64,000 nucleotides of DNA from an uncultured bacterium (GTDB lineage Bacteria > Fidelibacterota > Marinisomatia > Marinisomatales > CAZVFT01), in NCBI GenBank assembly GCA_964626495.1, contig CAZVFT010000002.1, forward strand, positions 97 through 64,096. Direction: 5' to 3'. Position 1 is the stretch's first letter. Each line of letters opens with the position of its first letter. The translations under genes and the position numbers were made by a program. The notes below the pieces were generated by a model. The model saw only the letters and a list, made by a program, of their open reading frames with translations. It was not told the DNA's origin and ran no database searches. Below, in pieces: positions 1 through 9,138 of the stretch.

Positions 1-187
1 TTTATTCTATCCATTGAACTACGGGCGCATATTTTTAAAGCCTGTAGTGAAATGCCCGTCCGCCTACCGGCGGAAACTACGGGCGCATTTATTGGTTATT
101 GGTAACTGGTTATTGGTTATTGGTGATGTTTCTTCACCACCAGTTCCTACTCACCATATACCATTCCACCAGTTACAGCTCACCAGT

Positions 188-1084
188 TTACAACTCACCA
201 CTCACCAAATTCTCTGCTGCTTCCATGGTATTCTCTACCAGCATGGCGATGGTCATTGGTCCCACCCCCCCGGGTACGGGTGTAATCGCACCCGCAACAC
301 CAAGAACAGCGTCATAGTCCACATCACCTTCAAGGTGGTACCCCTTTTCACTATCGTCTTCAACTCGATTGATCCCCACATCGATGATCGTTGTTCCTTC
401 ATTGATCATTTTTCGGGTAATCATTTTTGGAACACCCACCGCCGCAATAATAATATCCGCTTGTCGGGTGAAAAATGGAATATCTGTCGTCCTTGAATGG
501 CAAACTGTAACTGTGGCATTCCCCGTTTCATTCTTCAATCCTAATAAAAGAGATAACGGTCTCCCAACAATATTACTTCTCCCCACAATTACCACATGCT
601 TCCCTTCTGTAGGGATCTCGTAAAACCGTAATATCTTCAAAATTCCCTTTGGAGTACAGGGTATAAATCTCGGTTTTCCCGAAGCTAACAGTCCAAGATT
701 TTCAGGATGGAAACCGTCAACATCTTTTTGCTGATCCACCTCGTATAGTATTTTTTCTGAATTCAACCGCTCGGGTAAAGGTAGTTGGACCAAAATCCCA
801 TGAAACTGAGGATCATCATTAAGACGATGGATCTCATCGATTAAATCCCTTTCATCAATATCTTCAGGTAACCAGATAGTTTCAGAATACAATCCTAATT
901 TATCGAACTGTTTTGTTTTCGACCGAACATATATTTTTGATGCAGGATCTTCACCCACCAGTACAGCAGCAAGTCCCGGTGTAATGTTCTTTGACTTTAG
1001 TGAGAGAATCCTCTCTTCTAAACCACCATAAGTGTGATGGGTTACTTCTTTACCAGAAAGAATATTTGTTTGAATATCTTTCAA
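188..1084 (-). CDS. folD: Bifunctional methylenetetrahydrofolate dehydrogenase/methenyl-THF cyclohydrolase
   Basis: 298-aa ORF with FolD hallmarks VGEDPASKIYVRSK, GRSNIVGRP, PVPGGVGPMTIAML. Confidence 0.93.
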   Translation of the reverse strand: MKDIQTNILSGKEVTHHTYGGLEERILSLKSKNITPGLAAVLVGEDPASKIYVRSKTKQFDKLGLYSETIWLPEDIDERDLIDEIHRLNDDPQFHGILVQLPLPERLNSEKILYEVDQQKDVDGFHPENLGLLASGKPRFIPCTPKGILKILRFYEIPTEGKHVVIVGRSNIVGRPLSLLLGLKNETGNATVTVCHSRTTDIPFFTRQADIIIAAVGVPKMITRKMINEGTTIIDVGINRVEDDSEKGYHLEGDVDYDAVLGVAGAITPVPGGVGPMTIAMLVENTMEAAENLVSGEL

Positions 1085-1171
1085 TATCTTTTCCTCACTA
1101 ATTCGACATGAAAAACCCCGACTACCAAAAACGATATGTCAGGGTGAAATTAATTCGTTGATGAAAAATGA

Positions 1172-1471
1172 TCACTCAGAGGAAATTTCTTCATCTATCA
1201 ATTTGATCAGTGTCGTTGCTTTGTCTTCAATATGATCGATGATACCGTCTTTATCCTTATTCGAATGAAAAAGTTCATCAGTAATACTCATAGCAGTCAG
1301 AATTGCTATTCTCATTCCCGATTGAACCGATGGTAAACTATCTTCGACCTCTCTCATTTTCTTGTCTACATACTCAGCAACACCTGCGATATAGGACGAA
1401 TCAGCTTTTGCCTTAACAGTATATTCCTGTCCAAAAATTGATACTCTCACGAGATTTTCTTGATCTTCCAT
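1172..1471 (-). CDS. zapA: Cell division protein ZapA
   Basis: 99-aa ORF; ZapA-like N-terminus (VSIFGQEYTVKA...YIAGVAEYVDKKM) and helical C-terminus. Confidence 0.75.
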   Translation of the reverse strand: MEDQENLVRVSIFGQEYTVKAKADSSYIAGVAEYVDKKMREVEDSLPSVQSGMRIAILTAMSITDELFHSNKDKDGIIDHIEDKATTLIKLIDEEISSE

Positions 1472-1497
1472 AATAAATCACCCTTGTTTATATTAGA

Positions 1498-1683
1498 TTA
1501 AAAGTCTCCAAGCAGATCCAAAAGGTTGCGGATCTTCTCCTCAATTAATTGTTTACTCTGTTCGGATAGTCCGGGGAACTCATCTTCACCAGATGAAGCT
1601 TGAATCCTGAGGGAACGAACAGTTTCTGTGAGTTCTTTTATTCGTTCTTCGAGCTTTTGAAAATTAGGTAATATTGTTTCCAT
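1498..1683 (-). CDS. Small coiled-coil protein, unknown function
   Basis: 61-aa ORF packed between pheT (1-nt gap) and zapA; heptad-like charged sequence; no family recognised. Confidence 0.4.
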   Translation of the reverse strand: METILPNFQKLEERIKELTETVRSLRIQASSGEDEFPGLSEQSKQLIEEKIRNLLDLLGDF

Positions 1684-1684
1684 T

Positions 1685-3721
1685 CTATCTTAATTTAGCA
1701 TTTAATTTATTAGAAGTCTCTAAAATTATTTTGTTTATGATTTCGTCTACTTCTTCATCCTTAAGAGTTCTTTCTTTCCGTTGAAAAAAGAAGTTGAATG
1801 TAAAACTTTTTTTACCTTTTCCAATCGCACCCCCTTCAAATATATCAAATAAAGATACAGAATCCAGTAAATCACCTGAAACTCCCTTAAAAATGGTCAT
1901 AAAATCCTTCACGAGAACAGATGAATTCACGACAAATGACAAATCTCTTGTAATACCGGGATACATTGAAACGGGTTGATATGATTTTTTCGTTTTAATG
2001 ATCTTTTTTATCAAGGGAACATTAAGAGAAAAGGCAAAAACTAATTCATCAATATCATAAGATTGAACAATCGATTGCTGAAGCATACCAAATTCAACCA
2101 CCACCTTGTCATCAGAAGTAACTAAACTCTGTCCCAACTCAAATAGGGAATTAGAATTTGATAAAAATTCGTGTTCCTCAAATTTCAAATGTCTCATTAG
2201 TAATTCCATATATCCTTTAAGAACGAAAAAGTCTGCTTCGCTTTCTTTGTGTCGCCACTGTTTCGGATATTGTTCCCCACAAATGATGCCTGCAAACTCT
2301 TCCCTTTCATCAATACCGTGTGGTTGAGACAGATCAGTAATAAAAGTATTTCCAAATTCAAATAACTGAAGACTTTTCGCACCGCGATTTATATTGAAAG
2401 AAACTGCGGAGAGGAGTCCGGGAAACAGGGATGTCCGCATTGTGGACATTTCCATACTTTGCGGATTTTGTACCCTCACAGGAAGTCCATCAGCAAATTG
2501 AGAAGCTCTGTTTTCCCTGATGAGACTGTTTGAAAATATTTCCTGAAATCCTATACCAGCAAAAATTTGTTTTAACCAATCAATATAATATTTTGGATCT
2601 TGTTGAGCTTGACTTAAAAGTCCCTGGTAACTTATTTCCGGCTGAATTTGATCATATCCATAGACTCTGGCAAGTTCTTCGATCAAGTCAATTTCACGTA
2701 CAAGATCGGGGCGATATGTGGGAGGAACACAACAATAAAGATCGCTTTTCTTATGACTAATCGTTATACCCAAATTATTGAATGTTTTATCAAGAAAATC
2801 CGGGGAGAAATTTAATCCAGTGATGGATGCTGCCCTTGAAGGACGAAAATCAATTGTCTCCTGTTTCAGCGGCTTGGGATACACATCTGCAATTCCTGAA
2901 CATATATCTCCATCGGCATATTTTGAGAGGAGTTCCGAAATCCGGTTGATGCCATGGAGAGCACCTTCGGGATCAGTACCTCTCTCAAATCGTTTTGACG
3001 ATTCTGTTGATAATCCCACAGCCTTTGAACCACGTCGGATGGTGATAGGATCAAAATAAGCCCCCTCAATCAGCACATCCTTTGTGGATTCCATAATTTC
3101 GGAATTTTTCCCTCCCATTATTCCTGCCAGTGCTACTCCCCTTTCACTATCGCAAATCAATAGGTGTCTCTTATTTAACTTCCTCTCAATTTCATCAAGA
3201 GTGGTAAATGATTCACCATCTTCGGCTGCTCGAACAATAATTCTCTGACCTTTAATTTCCTCAAGGTCAAACGTGTGTAATGGATGCCCCCATTCCATCA
3301 TGACATAATTGGAAATATCAACAATGTTATTGATACTTCGAATTCCTATACTCTCCAAACGTTCTACCATCCATTTGGGTGACGGCTTAAACTTGATATT
3401 CTTTACGATCCTACATGCGTACCGAGGACATTTTACCGGATCTAAAATTTCCACAGAGACATAATTCCCAACGGGATCGCCAACTTCGGTTAAATCTGAT
3501 ATCGGAATCTTTAGAGGTAACCCAGTAATAACAGAAATTTCTCTCGCCACCCCGATGTGCGACATACAATCGGGTCTGTTCGGAGTAAGGTCAATTTCAA
3601 TTGTCTTACCATCTTCCCTCACCTCTGATTCCAATCCAATATTTGTCAATATATCAGCCAGACCTTCTGGGGTGAGATCGAATTCAACATAATCTTTCAA
3701 CCAGTCAATATTGACGATCAT
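1685..3721 (-). CDS. pheT: Phenylalanine--tRNA ligase beta subunit (short form lacking the OB tRNA-binding domain)
   Basis: 678-aa ORF; N-terminal B1-like MIVNIDWLKDYV, TPNRPDC motif, B5 and C-terminal FDX-ACB-like region; start overlaps pheS stop. Confidence 0.92.
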   Translation of the reverse strand: MIVNIDWLKDYVEFDLTPEGLADILTNIGLESEVREDGKTIEIDLTPNRPDCMSHIGVAREISVITGLPLKIPISDLTEVGDPVGNYVSVEILDPVKCPRYACRIVKNIKFKPSPKWMVERLESIGIRSINNIVDISNYVMMEWGHPLHTFDLEEIKGQRIIVRAAEDGESFTTLDEIERKLNKRHLLICDSERGVALAGIMGGKNSEIMESTKDVLIEGAYFDPITIRRGSKAVGLSTESSKRFERGTDPEGALHGINRISELLSKYADGDICSGIADVYPKPLKQETIDFRPSRAASITGLNFSPDFLDKTFNNLGITISHKKSDLYCCVPPTYRPDLVREIDLIEELARVYGYDQIQPEISYQGLLSQAQQDPKYYIDWLKQIFAGIGFQEIFSNSLIRENRASQFADGLPVRVQNPQSMEMSTMRTSLFPGLLSAVSFNINRGAKSLQLFEFGNTFITDLSQPHGIDEREEFAGIICGEQYPKQWRHKESEADFFVLKGYMELLMRHLKFEEHEFLSNSNSLFELGQSLVTSDDKVVVEFGMLQQSIVQSYDIDELVFAFSLNVPLIKKIIKTKKSYQPVSMYPGITRDLSFVVNSSVLVKDFMTIFKGVSGDLLDSVSLFDIFEGGAIGKGKKSFTFNFFFQRKERTLKDEEVDEIINKIILETSNKLNAKLR

Positions 3722-4809
3722 CAGAACTGCCTTAAGAAGCGGATATCACCATTGTACAGAATTCTGATATCCTCAATTTTGTATTTGAGCATAGTTAATC
3801 GATCAACACCCATTCCAAATGCATATCCCATCCATACTTCTGGATCATAGCCAACCATTTCAAAAACTGCAGGATCTACCATACCACATCCCAATATTTC
3901 TAACCATCCACTATTTCCACAAGTAGGACATCCCTTTCCTCCACAGAATAGACAGGACATATCCACTTCTGCACTGGGTTCGGTGAACGGGAAAAAGCTC
4001 GGCCGAAATCTTGCCTTTTTCTCTTTCCCGAAGAATTGTGTAACAAAGTATTCAAGGACTCCCTTTAACTCGGCAAATGATACATTCCTATCAACGTAAA
4101 GTCCCTCAATCTGATGGAACAAATTATAACTTTTTCGACTGATAGCTTCATTCCGGTATACTCTGCCGGGAACGATATATCTGAGAGGTGGTTTTTGCTG
4201 TTCCATAAGATAAACTTGTGTATTGGATGTATGAGTTCGCAAGACGATATCATCGCTGATGTAATATGTGTCCTGCATATCTCTTGCAGGGTGATGCCTG
4301 GGAATATTCAACGCTTCAAAATTGTGATAGTCATCGTCAATTTCAGGTCCATAGGCAATGGAAAAACCAATACCGGCAAAAATTCTTTTAATCTCCTGTG
4401 TAGTTTGTTCCACCGGATGAATGCTTCCCACAGGAAAATAATCACCTGGGAGATACGGATCTGATATGGTGGGTACCTCTTTCTCAGTTAATGTTGAAAT
4501 CTGCGACTTCAGTTCGATGTATTTATCATTTACTTCCTGTTTGAGCTGATTAATAAGCTGACCGAACAGAGGACGATCTTCGGAAGAAACCTCTTTTATT
4601 GTCGAAAGAAGATGGGTGATTTTTCCCCTTCTGCCAAGAAATTCCACTCGAAACTCTTCAAGAGACGAATCAGTCAGTTTCAGAGATTCGATTCTTGCCT
4701 GGAAATCCTGTCGAATCTTATTTATTTTATCCTGATAAGGCATTATGAAAGGTCGGGGATATCGAGAATAGGTTGATTGTAAGTCATGCCCATATTTTTC
4801 ACTATACAA
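3721..4809 (-). CDS. pheS: Phenylalanine--tRNA ligase alpha subunit
   Basis: Class II aaRS motifs (RPSFFPFTEPSAEVD, AFGMGVDRL); true start may be the internal Met at 4743 (MPYQDKINKIR). Confidence 0.93.
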   Translation of the reverse strand: MYSEKYGHDLQSTYSRYPRPFIMPYQDKINKIRQDFQARIESLKLTDSSLEEFRVEFLGRRGKITHLLSTIKEVSSEDRPLFGQLINQLKQEVNDKYIELKSQISTLTEKEVPTISDPYLPGDYFPVGSIHPVEQTTQEIKRIFAGIGFSIAYGPEIDDDYHNFEALNIPRHHPARDMQDTYYISDDIVLRTHTSNTQVYLMEQQKPPLRYIVPGRVYRNEAISRKSYNLFHQIEGLYVDRNVSFAELKGVLEYFVTQFFGKEKKARFRPSFFPFTEPSAEVDMSCLFCGGKGCPTCGNSGWLEILGCGMVDPAVFEMVGYDPEVWMGYAFGMGVDRLTMLKYKIEDIRILYNGDIRFLRQF

Positions 4810-4814
4810 ATAAA

Positions 4815-5207
4815 CTATTCCGACAAATAATCTCCGATATTTTTATAGATTTCAGTTGCCATACTGAAAAACTTTTCGGCAATTTCTTTTGATGGTTTGC
4901 CGTCCGGAAGCAACCCAAGGTCAGTCGGATATCGGGAATCAATATAAAGCTCGTTTATCTGATCAAATATTTTCTGATCAACAGTTAGTTCGATATAATT
5001 TTCTATTTTTCCTCTTAAGGTTATAATACTATGGATTCTCGGTACATTATCCTCTTTTTCTTCCAATATAGCTTTGATGCTTTTCTCTATCGCTTGATGG
5101 AAATGAAAGGCTACCATATGGGTCAAATGCTCATTATGTATAATTTCTTCTATAAGAATCAGATCGTCTTCGGCTGTGTTCAGCCAATGTTCAGTCTGTC
5201 TTTTCAT
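4815..5207 (-). CDS. HEPN domain protein (HepT-like partner of the adjacent nucleotidyltransferase)
   Basis: 130-aa helical ORF (AFHFHQAIEKSIKAIL ... IDSRYP); 17-nt overlap with the upstream NTase ORF; canonical MNT-then-HEPN order. Confidence 0.75.
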   Translation of the reverse strand: MKRQTEHWLNTAEDDLILIEEIIHNEHLTHMVAFHFHQAIEKSIKAILEEKEDNVPRIHSIITLRGKIENYIELTVDQKIFDQINELYIDSRYPTDLGLLPDGKPSKEIAEKFFSMATEIYKNIGDYLSE

Positions 5208-5535
5208 ACAGCACTTTCCCCGTTTCTTTTATTTCGTTGTAAAATGAATTTTCACTTTCCGAAATAATGTCGTATTCCCCTTTTGTATAAACCACCAGAT
5301 CGATAGGAACTTTCCTACTCAGCTCGTAAATTTTTCTTCGGACCAGCAGTTTGTTCCTCATTTTTTCATCATAATTTTTTGTTATTTCCGTAGAATCTAA
5401 TACCACGATCAGTTCCAGATCACTGTCTTCTGAGAAAACTCCCCTCGCATAAGAACCAAACAAAATTATCTTATACGGATTTATCTGTCTGATATTTTTT
5501 ACTATTTCCGATAGATATTTTCTATTTTCTTCCAT
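5191..5535 (-). CDS. Minimal nucleotidyltransferase (MntA-like antitoxin candidate)
   Basis: 114-aa ORF with pol-beta-type NTase motif GSYARG-x8-SDLELIVV. Confidence 0.82.
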   Translation of the reverse strand: MEENRKYLSEIVKNIRQINPYKIILFGSYARGVFSEDSDLELIVVLDSTEITKNYDEKMRNKLLVRRKIYELSRKVPIDLVVYTKGEYDIISESENSFYNEIKETGKVLYEKTD

Positions 5536-5547
5536 TATTGTTGCAGT

Positions 5548-5925
5548 TTACTCATTCTTAGCATTTGCTAATGAATTATTTAAGTTAACCTTTTTCACTA
5601 TAGTAGAAAACACTTCGGGATTATTCACAGCTAACTCAGAAAGAATTTTCCGATCAATCTCAATATTGTTCTGTTTCAACATGGAGATAAACTGTGAATA
5701 GTTTAAACCGTATTGTCTGACTGCAGCATTAATCCTCGCAATCCATAGTGTACGGAAATTACTTTTACGTTTACGGCGATCACGATAACTGTACAGTTGA
5801 GCTTTTTCAACAGCATCTTTAGCAATTTTGTACGATCGATGACGAGCTCCGTAATACCCTTTTGCCTGCTTTAAGATCTTCTTATGCCGCTTTTTCCTCG
5901 GAATTGCGCTTGTTACCCGTGTCAT
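5548..5925 (-). CDS. rplT: 50S ribosomal protein L20
   Basis: [17 protein letters not shown] and [19 protein letters not shown] motifs; infC-rpmI-rplT synteny. Confidence 0.95.
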   Translation of the reverse strand: MTRVTSAIPRKKRHKKILKQAKGYYGARHRSYKIAKDAVEKAQLYSYRDRRKRKSNFRTLWIARINAAVRQYGLNYSQFISMLKQNNIEIDRKILSELAVNNPEVFSTIVKKVNLNNSLANAKNE

Positions 5926-5938
5926 TGTGTCAACCCTC

Positions 5939-6133
5939 CTACGCTCCTATCATTTTCTTTACTCGTTTTTTATCTGCAGAACTTACCAGATTTGTCTGCC
6001 TGAGCTTTCTTTTCCTGGTCTTTCTTTTTTTCATCAAAAGATGACCTTTATTTGCTCTATTCTTTTTTACCTTCCCTCGCTTTGTGAGAGAAAACCTTTT
6101 CATTGATCCACGTCTCGTTTTCATTTTTGGCAT
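5939..6133 (-). CDS. rpmI: 50S ribosomal protein L35
   Basis: 64-aa basic ORF starting [14 protein letters not shown]; synteny. Confidence 0.93.
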   Translation of the reverse strand: MPKMKTRRGSMKRFSLTKRGKVKKNRANKGHLLMKKRKTRKRKLRQTNLVSSADKKRVKKMIGA

Positions 6134-6149
6134 AATGTTTAATCTCCCA

Positions 6150-6662
6150 TTATTTTGGAGTCATCAAAACTGAGAACCGTCTTCCCTCTAAACCAGTCCT
6201 TTTTTCAACCACAGCCATTTCTACCAATTCTTCCTCAATTCTTTTGGCTAACTCAGTTCCCAAATCCAAACGGGTAAGTTCTCTTCCCCTGAACATCAGG
6301 GTAATTTTTACCTTACACCCATTATTTAAAAATTTCTTCGCCTGTTTAATCTTAACATCAAAATCATTATCACTTATCTGAGGTCGAAATCTAACCTCTT
6401 TTATCTTCACGACATGCTGTTTTTTCTTACTTTCTTGCTGCTTTTTCTTTCTATCGTATTTGAGTTTCCCATAGTCCATTATTCGACATACAGGGGGTGT
6501 GGCATTCCGTGCCACTTCCACAAGATCCAATCCTGCATTTTCAGCCTCCACAAGTGCCTCCTCAAAACTAATAATACCAACCTGTTCTCCACTTTCATTG
6601 ATTAACCTAACTTCTTTTGCTCTAATTCTCCTGTTAACTCTTATTTTCTCTACTTTTACGAT
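6150..6662 (-). CDS. infC: Translation initiation factor IF-3, proposed ATC start
   Basis: The conserved IF-3 N-domain (RIRAKEVRLINESGEQVGIISFEEAL) lies upstream of the tracked GTG at 6551. The frame is closed by TGA two codons before ATC at 6662-6660. GGAGG lies 8 nt upstream. Confidence 0.85.
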   Translation of the reverse strand: MVKVEKIRVNRRIRAKEVRLINESGEQVGIISFEEALVEAENAGLDLVEVARNATPPVCRIMDYGKLKYDRKKKQQESKKKQHVVKIKEVRFRPQISDNDFDVKIKQAKKFLNNGCKVKITLMFRGRELTRLDLGTELAKRIEEELVEMAVVEKRTGLEGRRFSVLMTPK

Positions 6663-6902
6663 GTTTCAAACCTCCTTTTCTTAATTTAAATTGAAGAAGA
6701 ATACAAATATAAACAAATTCATAGTATGAATTATTCTCCACGAATCACATAAATTACACCAAGTAAAGTCATAAATGAAGTTAGAAAAAAAACAAAGCTT
6801 AATATTCTCAAATAATATTTTTGTTCTTTTATTTTTAACTTCAATAATATTCGTGTTTATTTGTGTCATTCGTGGACTTATGAATTAATGAGGATAGAAT
6901 GT

Positions 6903-8840
6903 TTAGCTTTTTTCTTCAATTTGTCCGGATAGATCCTCAATGACTTCTGCCAGAGAGCTTTGTCCAAGGTCTCCTACAAATCTCCGTCTAACAGAAACTT
7001 TTTCTTCTTGAACTTCCTTCTCTCCCACGATGAGCATGACATTGATCTTCTTCAACTCTGCTTTCCGAATCTTCGCACTAATTTTATCCGATCGATCATC
7101 CAGGGTAACCCGAAATCCTGCATCTAACATTCTTTGATACACTTGTCGGGCATATTCAAGAGATTTTTCTGAGATTGGAAGAATAATTACCTGAATAGGA
7201 GCCAACCACAGCGGAAAATCTCCCCCATAATGTTCAATTAAAAATCCGATGAATCGTTCGTGAGTACTCAGGGGTGCCCGATGGATACAAAGAGGAGCGG
7301 CTTCATTTCCCTTTTCATCAATGTAAGTTAGACCAAACCTCCCTGGAATGGCAAAATCAACCTGATTCGTCGCCAGTGTAAATTCTTTTCCAATGGCGCT
7401 CCATACTTGGACATCAATTTTTGGACCATAAAAGGCTGCCTCATCCGGCTCTTCTACATAATGGATTCCCCATTCGTCAAGTGCTTCACGAACATCCTGT
7501 TCAGTCTTTATCCACAGATCTGGCTCATTGATGTACTTACCTCCCAAACCGGTAGGATCGTGCAGACTGTATCTCATCTGGTACTTTTCTATTCCAAAAA
7601 TATCAAAGTAGTAAAGATACATTTTGCATACAGCAAGAAATTCCTCTTTAAATTGCTCCGGGGTGCAATAAATATGTGCATCATTCATCTGCATACTGCG
7701 AACTCGCATCAACCCAAATAACTGTCCAGATTTCTCGTAACGATAGCAGCTGCCGTATTCAGCAAGTCTGAGAGGAAGATCACGATAGCTCCTTGGTGAT
7801 GAAGCAAAAATCTTATGGTGATGAGGACAGTTCATTGGTTTGACATAATAATCAATACCATCCACATCCATAGCAGGATACATACTCTCTTTGTAATGTT
7901 TTAAATGTCCTGATTTTTCGTATAGAATTCCTTTGGAAAGATGGGGAGTTCTGACACGTAGATAACCTGCCTTATCTTCGGTTTCTTTGGCAAGTTTTTC
8001 CAATTCCTCGATGATGACTCCACCTTTTGGCAACCAGAGGGGCAGTCCAGGACCCACCTCATCATCAAACATAAAGATTTCTAACTCTTTCCCCAACTTT
8101 CGGTGATCACGCTTCTTCGCTTCTTCTAAAAATGTAAGATATTCATTCAACGCTTTCTTTGAACTGAATGCTGTTCCATAAATGCGTTGCAACATTTTAT
8201 TCCGTTCATCTCCCCGCCAATACGCCGCTGAAGAATTAAGAAGCTTAAAATATTTTATTCTCGAAGTGCTGGAAATGTGAGGACCGCGGCAGAGATCAAT
8301 AAAATCCCCCTGTTTGTACGCTGTAATAAGCTCATCCGTTTCTATCTCCTCAATAATTTCAATCTTATAAATTTCCTTTAACTTCGAGAAAATATCAATG
8401 GCTTCCATCTTCGTTAAAACTCGTTGTTGGATAGACAAATCCGCTTTCGAAAGCTCCCTCATTTTATCTTCAATCTTTTTAAGATCATCATCGGTGAATG
8501 GTGTATCCACATCAAAATCATAGTAAAATCGCTTCTCAATAGCAGGACCTATAGCCACTTTGGCTTTGGGGAATAGTTCCTTAACTGCTTGAGCCATAAG
8601 ATGTGCGGTACTGTGGAGCAGCACTTCCTGTCCTTTTTCACTATCGCCGGTATAAAGAATAAGTTCAGCATCGGATTGGATGGGGTTTGTAATATCTGTT
8701 AACTCGCCATTCACACGAGCAACAACCACATCTTTTGCTAATCTTGGTCCAATACTTTTAGCAATTTCTAACGGGGTAACTTCCGAAGGATATTTCTGTT
8801 TAGAATTATCAGGAAATGTTACGGTAATTTCATTCATCAT
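6903..8840 (-). CDS. thrS: Threonine--tRNA ligase
   Basis: 645-aa ORF; TGS N-terminus, class II core (HRAPLSTHERFIGFLIEHYGG), anticodon-binding C-terminus. Confidence 0.95.
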   Translation of the reverse strand: MMNEITVTFPDNSKQKYPSEVTPLEIAKSIGPRLAKDVVVARVNGELTDITNPIQSDAELILYTGDSEKGQEVLLHSTAHLMAQAVKELFPKAKVAIGPAIEKRFYYDFDVDTPFTDDDLKKIEDKMRELSKADLSIQQRVLTKMEAIDIFSKLKEIYKIEIIEEIETDELITAYKQGDFIDLCRGPHISSTSRIKYFKLLNSSAAYWRGDERNKMLQRIYGTAFSSKKALNEYLTFLEEAKKRDHRKLGKELEIFMFDDEVGPGLPLWLPKGGVIIEELEKLAKETEDKAGYLRVRTPHLSKGILYEKSGHLKHYKESMYPAMDVDGIDYYVKPMNCPHHHKIFASSPRSYRDLPLRLAEYGSCYRYEKSGQLFGLMRVRSMQMNDAHIYCTPEQFKEEFLAVCKMYLYYFDIFGIEKYQMRYSLHDPTGLGGKYINEPDLWIKTEQDVREALDEWGIHYVEEPDEAAFYGPKIDVQVWSAIGKEFTLATNQVDFAIPGRFGLTYIDEKGNEAAPLCIHRAPLSTHERFIGFLIEHYGGDFPLWLAPIQVIILPISEKSLEYARQVYQRMLDAGFRVTLDDRSDKISAKIRKAELKKINVMLIVGEKEVQEEKVSVRRRFVGDLGQSSLAEVIEDLSGQIEEKS

Positions 8841-8968
8841 TTTAAGTTGTGGTAGTACAAACTAAAATTTAACAAATGGGTGTACAAATTGGAAGGCTAC
8901 AAAAAAAATAGCTCGCAAATGGAAATAACTTTTTATTTTTATTCAATGAATACCTCATTTTAATAATG

Positions 8969-9042
8969 TGGGCGATACTGGACTTGAACCAGCGACCTCT
9001 TGCATGTCAAGCAAGCACTCTAACCAACTGAGCTAATCGCCC
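8969..9042 (-). tRNA. tRNA-Val (GAC)
   Basis: 74-nt cloverleaf read by hand: acceptor GGGCGAT/ATCGCCC, D-arm GCTC..GAGT, anticodon loop TTGACAT, T-loop TTCAAGT; no encoded CCA. Confidence 0.9.
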
Positions 9043-9138
9043 TTTTTTTAATACCCACTGATTTATAGAGGTGGAAATCGGTGGCAAATTTAGAATTTCC
9101 TCCTCGTAAAGTCAATATATTGTGTGAATTAGCGAGTG

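Noticed and set aside
14-496. 160-aa plus-strand ORF at the window start
   Set aside because: It is mostly antisense to folD and its 5' part is built from the heptamer and low-complexity repeats, so it is spurious.
1085-1171. 6S RNA (ssrS) downstream of zapA, as in E. coli
   Set aside because: The gap is only 87 nt, too short for a roughly 180-nt 6S RNA, and it shows no long irregular hairpin.
6663-6902. 62-aa ORF and a possible L20-binding leader in the AT-rich thrS-infC spacer, including a 9-bp inverted repeat TCCACGAAT/ATTCGTGGA
   Set aside because: The ORF is low-complexity and AT-driven. I could not reconstruct an L20-leader-like pseudoknot by eye. This would need cmscan; it is left as an untested idea.
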